Assembly: GCA_964556895.1 (NCBI GenBank)
Contig: CAZKYC010000006.1
Location: forward strand, 25,099 to 89,098
Direction of reading: 5' to 3'
From: an uncultured bacterium
GTDB taxonomy: Bacteria; Hinthialibacterota; Hinthialibacteria; Hinthialibacterales; Hinthialibacteraceae
DNA: 64,000 bases
The position numbers and the translations under genes are program-made. Below are positions 36,019 through 46,373 of this stretch, piece after piece. The notes below the pieces were generated by a model. The model was not told where the DNA came from, did not search any database, and was given only the letters and a program-made list of their open reading frames with translations. Numbering within the stretch: the first letter of the stretch is position 1; the number at the start of each line of letters is the position of its first letter.

Positions 36019-37229
36019 GCGTATATCCTGAACGGCTGCAAAACCAAATTGAAGCCTCCGGCCTGGGCCTAGACCAGATTGAAGCCCAGCTCAAAGCGCA
36101 GGCGATTGAGACTCCATCGTGGGGATACGCCGATTCAGGCACGCGCTTTGGCGTGTTTAAACAGCCGTCCGCCGCCAAGACGCTTGAACACAAGCTGCAA
36201 GACGCCGCCGCCGTCCATCGCTTTACCGGCATCGCTCCATCCATCGCCCTGCATATCCCCTGGGACAAAGTAGACGACTGGAGCGAACTTGGCCAACAGG
36301 CTGCGGCCTTAGACATTCGCATCGGCGCCATCAATACCAACACCTTTCAAGACCAAGATTACAAACTCGGCAGCATCACCCATGAAGATAGGGCCGTCAG
36401 GCAAAAAGCGGTCGAGCACATGCTTGAATGCGTCGAGATTATGCGAGAGACCGGCTCTGATATTTTAAGCCTCTGGTTTGCCGACGGGACGAACTACCCC
36501 GGCCAGGGCCACTTCAGGCGGCGGAAGCAATGGATGATTGAATGTTTGCAGGAAGTGTATAACGCAACCGATGACGCCATGCGATGCTTGGTTGAGTATA
36601 AGTTATTTGAGCCGGGGTTTTATCATACCGACCTGATGGATTGGGGCGTCTCTTACATGGTATGCCAACACTTGGGCGAACGGGCGCAGGTGTTGGTCGA
36701 TCTTGGCCATCACGCTCACGGCGTCAACATCGAACATATCGTCGCCGTGTTGATCAGCGAAGGCAAACTGGGCGGGTTCCATTTTAATAATCGAAAATGC
36801 GCGGACGACGATTTGACCGTAGGCTCTATCAATCCATATGAGCTCTTCTTAATTTATAACGAACTGGTCGACGCAGAACTCGACCCAAACATCAACACCA
36901 ACATCGCCTACATGATTGATCAGAGCCATAACCTGAAGCCCAAAGTCGAAGCGATGATTCAATCGGTGGTGAACTGTCAGAAAGCCTACGCCAAAGCGCT
37001 TCTCGTTGACCGCCGTGCATTGCGCGTCGCTCAGCAAGAAGGCGATCTTGTCAAAGCAGAGCAAACCCTGACAGTCGCTTATGAAACCGATGTGGAGCCT
37101 CTCTTACAACACGTTCGAGCCAAGACAGGCGTTCAATCAGACCCAATCCAAGCATTTCGCGACAGTGGATATCAACAACAAATCGAAACGGACCGCTCGA
37201 ACATGACGGCGGCGGCGACGTTAGGCTGA
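36015..37229 (+). CDS. L-rhamnose isomerase-like sugar isomerase (xylose-isomerase-like TIM barrel)
   Basis: 404 aa; ..ETPSWGYADSGTRF..ALHIPWD..LVEYKLFEP..VDLGHHA..GGFHFNN.. resembles the P. stutzeri / actinobacterial RhaI type. Confidence 0.7.
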   Translation: MSVYPERLQNQIEASGLGLDQIEAQLKAQAIETPSWGYADSGTRFGVFKQPSAAKTLEHKLQDAAAVHRFTGIAPSIALHIPWDKVDDWSELGQQAAALDIRIGAINTNTFQDQDYKLGSITHEDRAVRQKAVEHMLECVEIMRETGSDILSLWFADGTNYPGQGHFRRRKQWMIECLQEVYNATDDAMRCLVEYKLFEPGFYHTDLMDWGVSYMVCQHLGERAQVLVDLGHHAHGVNIEHIVAVLISEGKLGGFHFNNRKCADDDLTVGSINPYELFLIYNELVDAELDPNINTNIAYMIDQSHNLKPKVEAMIQSVVNCQKAYAKALLVDRRALRVAQQEGDLVKAEQTLTVAYETDVEPLLQHVRAKTGVQSDPIQAFRDSGYQQQIETDRSNMTAAATLG

Positions 37230-40200
37230 TGACCGATCAAGCAGTGTGCGAATTTTCTTCAATAATACGTCTGGCGTAAACGGCTTCTGTAAGAAATTGA
37301 GGCCTGTATCTAATACTCCGTGTTGAACAATCGAATTTTCGGTATAGCCCGAAATAAACAATACCTTCAAGTTTTCCTGGATCTGTTGCATTTGTTTGGC
37401 CAGTTCACGCCCGCTCATTCCCGGCATGACCACATCCGTGACTACCAAATCAATTGGGCCAAGGTGTTGCTGTTTTTTTTCGAGAGCGTCGGCCCCGTTC
37501 GCCGCAACAATCACAGAATAGTGAGTGCGCTGTAATGACATTACGATCAAATCCCGTACGATTTCATCATCTTCGACGACCAAGATAGTTTCCGTTCCTT
37601 CTAGGGTTTCTTTCTTGTGGGATTCATTCACGATGGGCTCGACATCGCCTTCGGCTTTGGGCAAATAGATTTTCACCGTCGTACCCTGCCCGACTTCACT
37701 GTAGACCCAAATATTTCCACCGCTTTGTTTGACGATTCCATACACGGTTGATAAACCGAGACCCGTCCCCTTGTCTTTGTCTTTGGTGGTAAAAAACGGC
37801 TCAAAGATGTTATTAAGCGTCTCTGAGTCCATTCCACACCCGGTGTCGCTAACCGCAAGCATGACATGCCGGCCTGGCTTGGCGCCTTGGTGGTGTGAAA
37901 CATATTCATGAGTGAAGTCGACATTCTGGGTTTCTAATATAAGCGACCCGCCCCTGATCATTGCATCTCTGGCGTTAATGGCGAGGTTGACGATTACTTG
38001 CTGAAGTTGGCCCGGGTCGGCGACCACTGGCGCTAACCCTTCGGCTGGAACGGTCACCAATTGAATATCTTCTCCAATCAACCGCTGCAGCATGTCATTC
38101 ATGTCAATAAGCAGTTCGTTAAGGTTCAATACAATCGGTTGAAGGACTTGCTTTCGGCTGAATGCCAAAAGTTGTCGCGTCAAGAGTTCAGCGCGGTCGC
38201 CGGCTTTTTTGATTTCCATAATCTGGCGGCGAACTGGCTGGTTTTCATCCAAGTCGCTCAGCGCCATATCGCTATACCCCAAGATCGCAACCAACAGATT
38301 GTTGAAATCATGCGCGATCCCCCCCGCCAGGCGGCCGATTGACTCAATCCGCTGCGACTGCCTCAATTGTTCTTCTAATTTTTCATTTTCTTCTTTGGCG
38401 GTGACTTCATCGGTAACATCAACAACAATATAGATCGCGAGTTGTTGCGTCCATAAAAAGAGACACGAAAAATTGACAATTTTTTGTTGACCATCACTGG
38501 TTGTGATATTCAGCCCTTTCCAGTTGATTTGTTCTGATTCTCGGTTTTCTAAATCAGCGGTAATTTGGTTTTGTACGGTTGCGCGATAGTCAGGGTCAGG
38601 AAAAACGCTCTTGTAGAACAATTCTCGATTGCGAAGCGTCGCTTCTGGCCAAGCAAATATTTCAATGTACTCTTCATTGAGATAAACCGCCACATCGGTT
38701 TGAATGTCGACAACAAACACCCCGATTGGCAGCTGGTTTAACACTGATTCAATAAATTCATTGCGTTTTGCTAATTCGTCTTCATAGCGTTTTCGCTCGG
38801 TGATTTCTAAGTGAGTGCCGCTGGCGCGAAGAGGCCGCCCGGTGTGGTCCGTCTCAACAATTTGACCGCGATCTAAAATCCAACGCCAATCGCCGTTTTT
38901 GGTGCACATTCGGTATTCGGCCTGATAGGAACTGAACAATCCGCGCAAGTGGGCCGACCAAGCGCGCACCACACGCCTTCGGTCGTCGGGGTGAATAATG
39001 CGCCGCCAGGTTCGAATGGTTGACGGCAGTTCGTTTGCTGAATATCCCATCAAGTTGGCCCAGCGTTCATTAATATAAACCAGGCCTGTATTAAAGTTAT
39101 AATCCCAGATACCCAAATTGGCCCCTTGAAGGGCCAGTTCAAGCCTCTCTTGGCTAGTCTTTAAGGCCATTTCGGCCAATTTTCGTTTGGTTATGTCTCG
39201 CCCGACCGACTGATATTCAGTCACCTTGCCTTCACTGTCAAAAAGCGCATGGTCAGTCCAACTCAACCAACAGATTGAGCCATCAGGGCGAAAGGCCCGG
39301 TGTTCATCAACCTTTGACGGTTCGTCTAAAGTTAACGAATTGATTTTTTGGATGACGCCTTCTCGGTCTGATTCAGGAGTAAATTTTAATAAATTGAACC
39401 CAATGAGTTCATTTCGGTTGCGGTCAAAAAACCGGCAGTATGCATCGTTGGCATAGACAATTGTGAAGTCTGGCTTCCAGCGGACAATAAACTCAACCTG
39501 GTCTTCGACGATCGTGCGGTATCGCGCTTCACTCTCTCTCAGGGCTTTTTCGGTTTTCTTTCGTTCTGTTATGTCTTGTAAGATGCCGGTGGAACCAATG
39601 ACGTTTCCATTTGAATCACGAACTTGCACCGCCGCATTCATCAGCCATTTGTCTTCGCCGGTTTTTGTCAGGATACGAAAGTCAGCGCGCCAGCTTCTGC
39701 CCTCTTGGCTTCGCGCCCGTTCGACCGCTTCGTCAAGCGTCATCCCCGCCAATGGGCCAAGCAAAATAATTTCTTGAACGCGCGACTGCCACAGCGACGG
39801 CGTGAATTCATCGGGGTAATACCCGATCAATTTCGTAATTTGTTCACCAACAAAATCATAGGTATTGGTAATGTAGTTCATGTAATAGGGGACCGCGTCC
39901 CCCATTTCGATCGCGTCTCTATAGTAAACCTCTTGTTGCGCGGCGTCGCTCGATTGAATCGATTTTGGCGTAACGTCATATCCGACGCCCCATTCACGCC
40001 ATCCAGGTACATTGAACACATCGGTCATTCGCCGCCAGGCAATCTCTCTTTCAATCCCGTTCTTACTTTTGAATTGCCATTTTGAGAGATGAATCAGCTG
40101 ATTGACGTTATCAACTCGCGCTTGTTGTTCATGGTTTAGTTTTGAAAAAAGATCGTCCCATCCGTTGGGCAATTCATTTGACGAATATCCGGTGATCCGT

Positions 40201-40598
40201 TCGCATTCAGATGACCAGGCGGTAATGGTTCCTTTTTGGTCAAATGCGGCGACCATTATGGGCAGGCTGGTTAATTGTTCGCTTAGTTGGTTTTGGCTCG
40301 AAGCGCCTTGGTTGGCGAGTTGAGTGGTTTTTTGTTTTTCTTTGAGCAAAAGAATCAGCAAGGCCAACGAAGTCGCGGCAAACAACACCACCACAACAAA
40401 TATAACTGCTCGCTGAACGGCTGTATGGCTAACGGGCTCAGATAAATCTTGATCGGGGCCACTCGCGGCTTGAATGGCTTGGATAGATGTTTGAGGCCCT
40501 TGTCTATCGTCGATTTGGACTGAAACCCCTGGTTCAATCAAGACGGCATGAAACAGTAGAACCCAAAAAGGCAATTTCACAAAATATCGGCAACTCAT
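37221..40598 (-). CDS. Hybrid sensor histidine kinase with multiple PAS domains and C-terminal receiver
   Basis: 1125 aa; signal/TM region, repeated PAS-like blocks (e.g. WRWILDRG, ITERK linkers), H-box GGIAHDFNNLL, GTGLGLS ATP lid, receiver ILVVEDDEIV..DLVVTDVVMPGMSG..K. Confidence 0.9.
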   Translation of the reverse strand: MSCRYFVKLPFWVLLFHAVLIEPGVSVQIDDRQGPQTSIQAIQAASGPDQDLSEPVSHTAVQRAVIFVVVVLFAATSLALLILLLKEKQKTTQLANQGASSQNQLSEQLTSLPIMVAAFDQKGTITAWSSECERITGYSSNELPNGWDDLFSKLNHEQQARVDNVNQLIHLSKWQFKSKNGIEREIAWRRMTDVFNVPGWREWGVGYDVTPKSIQSSDAAQQEVYYRDAIEMGDAVPYYMNYITNTYDFVGEQITKLIGYYPDEFTPSLWQSRVQEIILLGPLAGMTLDEAVERARSQEGRSWRADFRILTKTGEDKWLMNAAVQVRDSNGNVIGSTGILQDITERKKTEKALRESEARYRTIVEDQVEFIVRWKPDFTIVYANDAYCRFFDRNRNELIGFNLLKFTPESDREGVIQKINSLTLDEPSKVDEHRAFRPDGSICWLSWTDHALFDSEGKVTEYQSVGRDITKRKLAEMALKTSQERLELALQGANLGIWDYNFNTGLVYINERWANLMGYSANELPSTIRTWRRIIHPDDRRRVVRAWSAHLRGLFSSYQAEYRMCTKNGDWRWILDRGQIVETDHTGRPLRASGTHLEITERKRYEDELAKRNEFIESVLNQLPIGVFVVDIQTDVAVYLNEEYIEIFAWPEATLRNRELFYKSVFPDPDYRATVQNQITADLENRESEQINWKGLNITTSDGQQKIVNFSCLFLWTQQLAIYIVVDVTDEVTAKEENEKLEEQLRQSQRIESIGRLAGGIAHDFNNLLVAILGYSDMALSDLDENQPVRRQIMEIKKAGDRAELLTRQLLAFSRKQVLQPIVLNLNELLIDMNDMLQRLIGEDIQLVTVPAEGLAPVVADPGQLQQVIVNLAINARDAMIRGGSLILETQNVDFTHEYVSHHQGAKPGRHVMLAVSDTGCGMDSETLNNIFEPFFTTKDKDKGTGLGLSTVYGIVKQSGGNIWVYSEVGQGTTVKIYLPKAEGDVEPIVNESHKKETLEGTETILVVEDDEIVRDLIVMSLQRTHYSVIVAANGADALEKKQQHLGPIDLVVTDVVMPGMSGRELAKQMQQIQENLKVLFISGYTENSIVQHGVLDTGLNFLQKPFTPDVLLKKIRTLLDRSSA

Positions 40599-40773
40599 TG
40601 ATTCAACCTAACCAGACAAAATGATCTCTAGGTTTCCAGGCATTGCAATTCAATTCTAACAAATTCACGCATTCTTATTCTGTTTGTAATACGGCGGAAA
40701 ATGAATCAATCATTGATAAAAAAGATTCTACCATCGAATAATGGTTGTTGGCAACTTATATTGAACAGCAGGC

Positions 40774-42405
40774 TTATTGGGTTGCCTCTTCTGTGGGCTG
40801 TTGGTCTTCAGCGTCGCCATCGCCTTCATCTTTGGTTGATGATGACGCCCGCAAGAGTGGATTGTCTTCAATGGAAAGCAATACGGTCGAGAAAAATTCT
40901 TTTCTGGCGTTTTTGCCCTTTTCGCTTTCATCATCAAAATCAAGTGAGTCTGGCGGCTTGCAATGAATTCGAAGATACCACCGAAACTTTCCTTTATCGA
41001 GATGGGCGGTTTCTTTAATCGTGAATTCATCGATTCCCACGTCAACTAAGTAGCCGTATCTGTCGCCATTTTCTTCATCAATGTTGCGCTCAAACAAACT
41101 AAACTCAATCTGTTTTTCGAATAATTCAACAATATAATCTTTGCGAAAATGTGTTTCGGTATTTTTGTCAGAATGCCGCTCCAGGTCGGTGCGCCCTTCC
41201 ATCTTTTTCCAATACTGGCGGGCTTCTTGTATATCGTCGCCTTTCACCAACAGATGGCTTGGCGGCATGTACCCCCGCCCCATCACTGAAGACACTGCGC
41301 TGAAAAATTCGACCAGATGGGCCAGATATTGTTGACAGACATAATGGCGCGCATTGGCATGGTCACCATAAAAAATCACACGCTTGGGGAACTGGTCTAA
41401 CGAAACGCGAAGCGACTCATATCGCGGGCCAATCTTGCCCAAGACCTTTGAGCGAAACACGGGCGAGATTTCGTTGCGCAACAAAAATTCCCTAATTTTC
41501 CTGTGGTCTGTCCGGTTAAACGAGATCCTGTCAGTAAACTGCCAACTATAGAAATAGGAGACCAGGGCTTCTATTTGTTGGACATCGAACTTAATCCCGC
41601 TTTTATAAATCTCTGTTTCCATCTTATTAGTAAAATCAGCGGCGCCCTGCAGGTCTTCCATCGCTTCTTTGAGGATTGTATTCAGGGCGCGGTTTTTGAT
41701 TGTCTGCATCGATTTTTTAACATCGCCCCGACCCGCTGGGGAATACTTTTTAAACTCATCACGACAGGCGAACACCCAGTGCCGCCACCCTTCAAACCCT
41801 TGAAGGGTGTATAAGACTTCGCCTTGCTCGTTTTTCACCGGAAAACCGTTTGAATTGGCCGCTAGAACAGTTTTGCCAACATTGGTCATCAATTGACGGA
41901 AGCGAAAGAGGCCATATTGGCCCAGCGGGTTGCCTGGGTTCACTTTCACCCCAAACTCAACCAACACTTTTCGCGCCTGACTGTCAGAGGTGTTCACAAT
42001 TTCTGACAGCATTTTTTTAATGATGATTGTGGCGCAATTGGCCATGCGTCCACGGCGGTCGAGAATATTTTTTATTTGAGTGCGGATGGCGTTTTCATCA
42101 ACTTTTTCGCCAGCGGCGTGGCGGTTGCAAACATCTTCAAAATAACGGAGGTCGTCAACGCCTAGCCAAACGCCCTGTTTTTCGAAGGCCTGTTTGACGA
42201 TTCGCTCGCCCCATACGCGGTCATTGACGCTTTTTCTCCATCCCCACTTATAGAACGGAGACTCTTGTTCTTTTGACCATGACGTGGCCAGGCCCAGGTC
42301 TACTTGGATGCCTTGCGACAGATTTTTTCCTCCGACGGACCGCACGAAGAGAAAAAAAACTAAACCGAATAGAATAAGCCCGGCAATGGGCGCAATTAGA
42401 TACAA
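40774..42405 (-). CDS. Hypothetical membrane-anchored protein with acidic C-terminal tail
   Basis: 543 aa; one N-terminal TM helix (MYLIAPIAGLILFGLVFFLFV), no recognisable domain, tail ..SSSTKDEGDGDAEDQQPTEEATQ; AT-rich. Confidence 0.6.
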   Translation of the reverse strand: MYLIAPIAGLILFGLVFFLFVRSVGGKNLSQGIQVDLGLATSWSKEQESPFYKWGWRKSVNDRVWGERIVKQAFEKQGVWLGVDDLRYFEDVCNRHAAGEKVDENAIRTQIKNILDRRGRMANCATIIIKKMLSEIVNTSDSQARKVLVEFGVKVNPGNPLGQYGLFRFRQLMTNVGKTVLAANSNGFPVKNEQGEVLYTLQGFEGWRHWVFACRDEFKKYSPAGRGDVKKSMQTIKNRALNTILKEAMEDLQGAADFTNKMETEIYKSGIKFDVQQIEALVSYFYSWQFTDRISFNRTDHRKIREFLLRNEISPVFRSKVLGKIGPRYESLRVSLDQFPKRVIFYGDHANARHYVCQQYLAHLVEFFSAVSSVMGRGYMPPSHLLVKGDDIQEARQYWKKMEGRTDLERHSDKNTETHFRKDYIVELFEKQIEFSLFERNIDEENGDRYGYLVDVGIDEFTIKETAHLDKGKFRWYLRIHCKPPDSLDFDDESEKGKNARKEFFSTVLLSIEDNPLLRASSSTKDEGDGDAEDQQPTEEATQ

Positions 42406-42511
42406 GGCGAAATCCTTGCCACTTGGAGGCTTTGAATTCTAATTCTTCTAAAACGTGTGATGGAAGTTTAAACCACAGCCATATTCTTGCTCATATTTAC
42501 CCAAAGAAAAG

Positions 42512-42547
42512 AGCAAAAAGCCGGCTTAATCAATTTTTCAACCGGCT
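42512..42547 (-). terminator. Rho-independent terminator closing the chemosensory/oxidoreductase operon
   Basis: Minus strand AGCCGG ... CCGGCT stem followed by TTTTTGCTC. Confidence 0.6.
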
Positions 42548-42776
42548 AAAAAATCATCCGAATGTTTATTTGTCTAATCAACGATCTATAAGCCATCTCA
42601 AAAATACGATCGAATGGCAGCAGGGGGGCGTGTGTATAGCTCTGCTCGCTTTAGTGCTGCTCTGCTGTAAAGCACAGGCGTTCACAGAGTTACACCCACG
42701 CCTTAGTTGGTTTTTCAAAATTTGGTAAGTTGAAACCTTATTGAAAAGCAATCAGTATTTTTGTGATGGCGTCTAA

Positions 42777-44135
42777 TCAACCTAGCGTCCATGGCTTGCG
42801 ATATTCGTAATGCAATAAATCATTGGCTTCGGGATTGTTCAGGATAACTTCGTTGGCTTCATCCCAGTTGATTCTTGATTTGGCGGCCCAGGCGATGTTC
42901 GCCAGATGTGAGAATGTAGTTGAACGGTGGCCAACTTCGATATCGCAGTTACATGTTTCCCGGCTTTTCACACAATCTAAGAAGTTTCGTATGTGTTGCT
43001 CAGTGAGGTTGCCGTCGGTTGCTTTGACTTCATCCTCTTTGGCCACGTCTGGGTCTTCCTGGAACTGGCCTGGTTTGGACGGGAAAATCTTGTAACTCGA
43101 TTCATTCGCGTAAAAGTTGGCCTTTGTGCCGCGCAGCTCAATTTCACCGTACTCAAGCGCCGAACCGCCGCTGGCTTCGTATTGGCCAAACACCATCAAC
43201 ATCCCCGATGGCAGCTCGTGTATGACTTCAAGAGTGTCGGGCACTGTGCGGTCGTCATCAATAGCGAATCTGCCGCCGTGAGCGGATATTGACACTGGCG
43301 CCGTCTCATCGACCATCCAGCGAATTGCGTCAAAGTAGTGGACACCCCAGTTGGCGACCTGAGACGAGTAATTCTGCCACCATCGAAATTTATAAAGCGG
43401 CAGGTTGTTTTGATAGGCGCGCACGGGGCGCGGCCCTAGCCACAAGTCCCAATCTAGCCCTTTGGGAGGCGCTGACGGCTTTGATTCGCCGATTCCGAAG
43501 GGGTACATATTGCTGATTCGGTAGGCGCGCGCGACTGTGATCTTTCCGATTTCGCCTTGCTGGAGGCGTTTATGCGCGGCATGATACAGGTTTGATGATC
43601 TTCGGTGCAACCCTACTTGAGTCACCCGTTTGGTGCGGCGGGCGGCTTCAACCATCTTGCGGCCTTCGACTACGGTTACGGATAGCGGCTTCTCCACATA
43701 GACATCCTTGCCTGATTCACAGGCCTGAATCATCTGTATGGCGTGCCAGTGGTCGGGCGAGGCGATGACGACCGCGTCAATATCTTTTTGTTCAAGAACA
43801 CGGCGAAAGTCGGCGTAACGGGCCGGGTCAGGGTCAAAGGTCTCGCCCATCATCGGGACGCGCCCCCCTAAACCATTGAGCAGCTCGTTATCAATTAAGC
43901 TCCGGTCTCGAAGCCGATACGCCTCAAAGACATCACAAAGTGCGGCGATTTCAACGTCTGGCTGTTTCATAAAGCCATGCAGCAGTTGAGTGCCGCGATT
44001 ACCAACGCCAATCAAGCCGACGCGGATTTTATCGTTGGCGCCAATAGACTTTTGAACGGCTGGCGCCGCAACGGCTGCGGTTGCAGCCGTTTGTTTTAAG
44101 AAAGAGCGCCGGTTCGGCTGGTTTTTATTCCTCAT
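42777..44135 (-). CDS. Gfo/Idh/MocA family oxidoreductase with twin-arginine signal
   Basis: Start at M17 (GGAGGA SD 5 nt upstream); NRRSFLKQTAATAAVAAPAV Tat leader; RVGLIGVGNRG Rossmann start; YVEKPL motif. Confidence 0.85.
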   Translation of the reverse strand: MRNKNQPNRRSFLKQTAATAAVAAPAVQKSIGANDKIRVGLIGVGNRGTQLLHGFMKQPDVEIAALCDVFEAYRLRDRSLIDNELLNGLGGRVPMMGETFDPDPARYADFRRVLEQKDIDAVVIASPDHWHAIQMIQACESGKDVYVEKPLSVTVVEGRKMVEAARRTKRVTQVGLHRRSSNLYHAAHKRLQQGEIGKITVARAYRISNMYPFGIGESKPSAPPKGLDWDLWLGPRPVRAYQNNLPLYKFRWWQNYSSQVANWGVHYFDAIRWMVDETAPVSISAHGGRFAIDDDRTVPDTLEVIHELPSGMLMVFGQYEASGGSALEYGEIELRGTKANFYANESSYKIFPSKPGQFQEDPDVAKEDEVKATDGNLTEQHIRNFLDCVKSRETCNCDIEVGHRSTTFSHLANIAWAAKSRINWDEANEVILNNPEANDLLHYEYRKPWTLG

Positions 44136-44163
44136 GGTTGTCCTCCACTGCGCGCCAAACGAG

Positions 44164-45348
44164 TTAATTGTCTGCAAAGACAAACTCTACCATAGAATAA
44201 TCATCATCAAAATAATCGAGGCCGCGTATCGCCACAATTTTATTCTGGATTGCTTCGAGACCGCTTTTTCCCGGCGCGACCGACTGGTCGACGATTTCAA
44301 CAAAATCAGAAAAACTCATCATCGTTCCATTGGGTTTAAACACTTCATACACGCCGTCACTGAATAAGAGCAATCTTGAACCAGGCTCAACGGTTTTCTG
44401 GTTGGTCTCAAATTCTGAGCGGGCCAGAGCGCCAACGATCACTCCGGTAGACTCCAAGCGGTCGGCGGCTTGGGTGGATGGGCTATACAACAAGGCGGGC
44501 GGGTGGCCCCCACTCGCATACAGCAATTGCCGGGTCGATTTGTCATAGACCCCATACCATATGGTGAAGATCAAGCCATTCTGTTGGTCCATCTGAAACG
44601 TCTGGTTTAGCGCGCCTAATACTTCACCGGGGTGATGAAAATCCACATTGGGCAGCGTGCCTGAACGCAACGCATTCATAATTGACACTGACAACAGCGC
44701 AGCGCTAACGCCGTGACCGACCACGTCTAATAAATAGATCGCAAAATGGTCGTCATCGATCCAATGGTAGCCAAACGCGTCTCCTCCCAACTGAGTTGAT
44801 GGAATAAACCGCCAGTTCGCTTGGATCAAACCGTCTTCAAGCGGCGAAGGGAGAAGTGATGTCACATAGCCAGCGGCGTCAGACAATTCTTCTTCTAATT
44901 TTTGATAGGCCTCGTTGCGCTGAAGCATGTGAATGTAAGCGTTTGAGTGAGAGCGAATTCGGGCGATCAGTTCAATTTTATCGGGCAATTTGACCAGATA
45001 ATCGTTGGCGCCATAGCCAAACGCCTCGGCCTTCACTTTGGGCTCTTCTTTTGTTGAAAGCACGATAACAGGAACATCTTGGGTTGAGACATTGGCCCGG
45101 TAAAATTTCAACAGGGTTAAGCCGTCAATGTCAGGCATGACCAAATCTTGTAAGATCACGGTCGGCGAAATGGTCTCCGCGGTTGGGATCGCTTCAGACG
45201 GGTTTGAACAATAATGAAATTGAATCTTCTTTTCGCCTTCTAACATACGGCGGACCGCCTCGCCTACCATTGGCTGGTCATCCACCAACAGGACAGTGAT
45301 CGGGTGGTCTTCAAGTAACGCCGAATGGCGGTCTTTAGTATGGCTCAT
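44164..45348 (-). CDS. Response regulator receiver fused to PP2C (SpoIIE/RsbU-type) phosphatase
   Basis: Receiver VLLVDDQP..ILQDLVMPDIDG..K; PP2C block GGDAFGYH..LLDVVGHGVSAAL..LLLFSDGV. Confidence 0.85.
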   Translation of the reverse strand: MSHTKDRHSALLEDHPITVLLVDDQPMVGEAVRRMLEGEKKIQFHYCSNPSEAIPTAETISPTVILQDLVMPDIDGLTLLKFYRANVSTQDVPVIVLSTKEEPKVKAEAFGYGANDYLVKLPDKIELIARIRSHSNAYIHMLQRNEAYQKLEEELSDAAGYVTSLLPSPLEDGLIQANWRFIPSTQLGGDAFGYHWIDDDHFAIYLLDVVGHGVSAALLSVSIMNALRSGTLPNVDFHHPGEVLGALNQTFQMDQQNGLIFTIWYGVYDKSTRQLLYASGGHPPALLYSPSTQAADRLESTGVIVGALARSEFETNQKTVEPGSRLLLFSDGVYEVFKPNGTMMSFSDFVEIVDQSVAPGKSGLEAIQNKIVAIRGLDYFDDDYSMVEFVFADN

Positions 45349-46373
45349 TCATTCACCTTTGGTTGAAACTGTTTCGTAATTGAGTCTGCGATTATATCGA
45401 TTGGCAACTCTTCGACCACAGCGCGGATCGCGACAGCAGCCTTGGGCATTCCATACACAACGCAGGTCGCTTCATCCTGCGCCACGGTATGCCACCCCGC
45501 CTCGCGCAGCGCGAGTAACCCGGCGGCGCCGTCTTTCCCCATTCCAGACAATAGCACAGCAGCGCCAGGGACATCCCACTCTAGAGCAGCGCTCATAAAT
45601 AATACATCAACAGAAGGCCGATAGGGCGTCTCAGCCGGTTCGTGTTGAAAGACCAGTTTATGGTCGGGACTAATGGCGGCATGGCGATCGCTGCCCGCGA
45701 GATAGACGCGGTTTGGTTCAATGCTGTCGCCGTCTTTGGCCGTTGAAACTGTTAGGCCCGTCTGGTCATCCAGCCATTTCGCCAAGCCTTCGCTAAATTG
45801 TGAATCGACATGCTGAACGATAACCACCGCGATATTCAAATCCGTTGACAATCCAGAGAGGACTTTCGCGATCGCCTTGGGCCCGCCGGTTGACGCGCCA
45901 ATCAATAGCAGGCCCGGCGCATCGGAGTAAAGCGTAATCGAGTCGGAACGTTGTTTAAACGCGGTTTTGGCTGGAGCGCCTTTGATGATTTTGCGAATGC
46001 GTTCTAACTTGCTATAGAATTCTTCGCTGCCGCTTGAATCGCCGTCCGCCCCAATGACCGGGGTCGCGACTGCGTCGAGGGCGCCGTTGCCCAGGGCTTC
46101 AAAGACTTTGGATACATGGCTGTCGACCGACGAGGTTACCACAATAATGGCGCAGGGCGAGTCGCGCATAATCTCACGCGTCGCTGCGGCGCCGTCTAAC
46201 ACGGGCATGATTAGGTCCATCAAAACGATGTCGGGTTTATCTTCTTTGGTCCGAAGCACCGCTTCGTTGCCGTCGGCGGCGATCCAAGCCACTTCATAAT
46301 CTGGTTTGGATTGAATTAACCGCCGCAGCGCTTCAACAGCGATCATCGAATCGTTCACAATGCCAATGCGCAT
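45345..46373 (-). CDS. cheB: Protein-glutamate methylesterase CheB (receiver + esterase)
   Basis: Receiver MRIGIVNDS..DIVLMDLIMPVLDG; esterase GASTGGP, VQHV, GMGKDG motifs. Confidence 0.9.
   Translation of the reverse strand: MRIGIVNDSMIAVEALRRLIQSKPDYEVAWIAADGNEAVLRTKEDKPDIVLMDLIMPVLDGAAATREIMRDSPCAIIVVTSSVDSHVSKVFEALGNGALDAVATPVIGADGDSSGSEEFYSKLERIRKIIKGAPAKTAFKQRSDSITLYSDAPGLLLIGASTGGPKAIAKVLSGLSTDLNIAVVIVQHVDSQFSEGLAKWLDDQTGLTVSTAKDGDSIEPNRVYLAGSDRHAAISPDHKLVFQHEPAETPYRPSVDVLFMSAALEWDVPGAAVLLSGMGKDGAAGLLALREAGWHTVAQDEATCVVYGMPKAAVAIRAVVEELPIDIIADSITKQFQPKVNE

Noticed and set aside
42548-42776. Imperfect inverted repeat GGCGTGTGT...ACACCCACGCC with internal GCTCTGCT duplication in the 3' region of the oxidoreductase gene
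   Set aside because: The pairing is short and interrupted. It could be a 3'-UTR structure or another REP-like unit, but I could not support a specific call.
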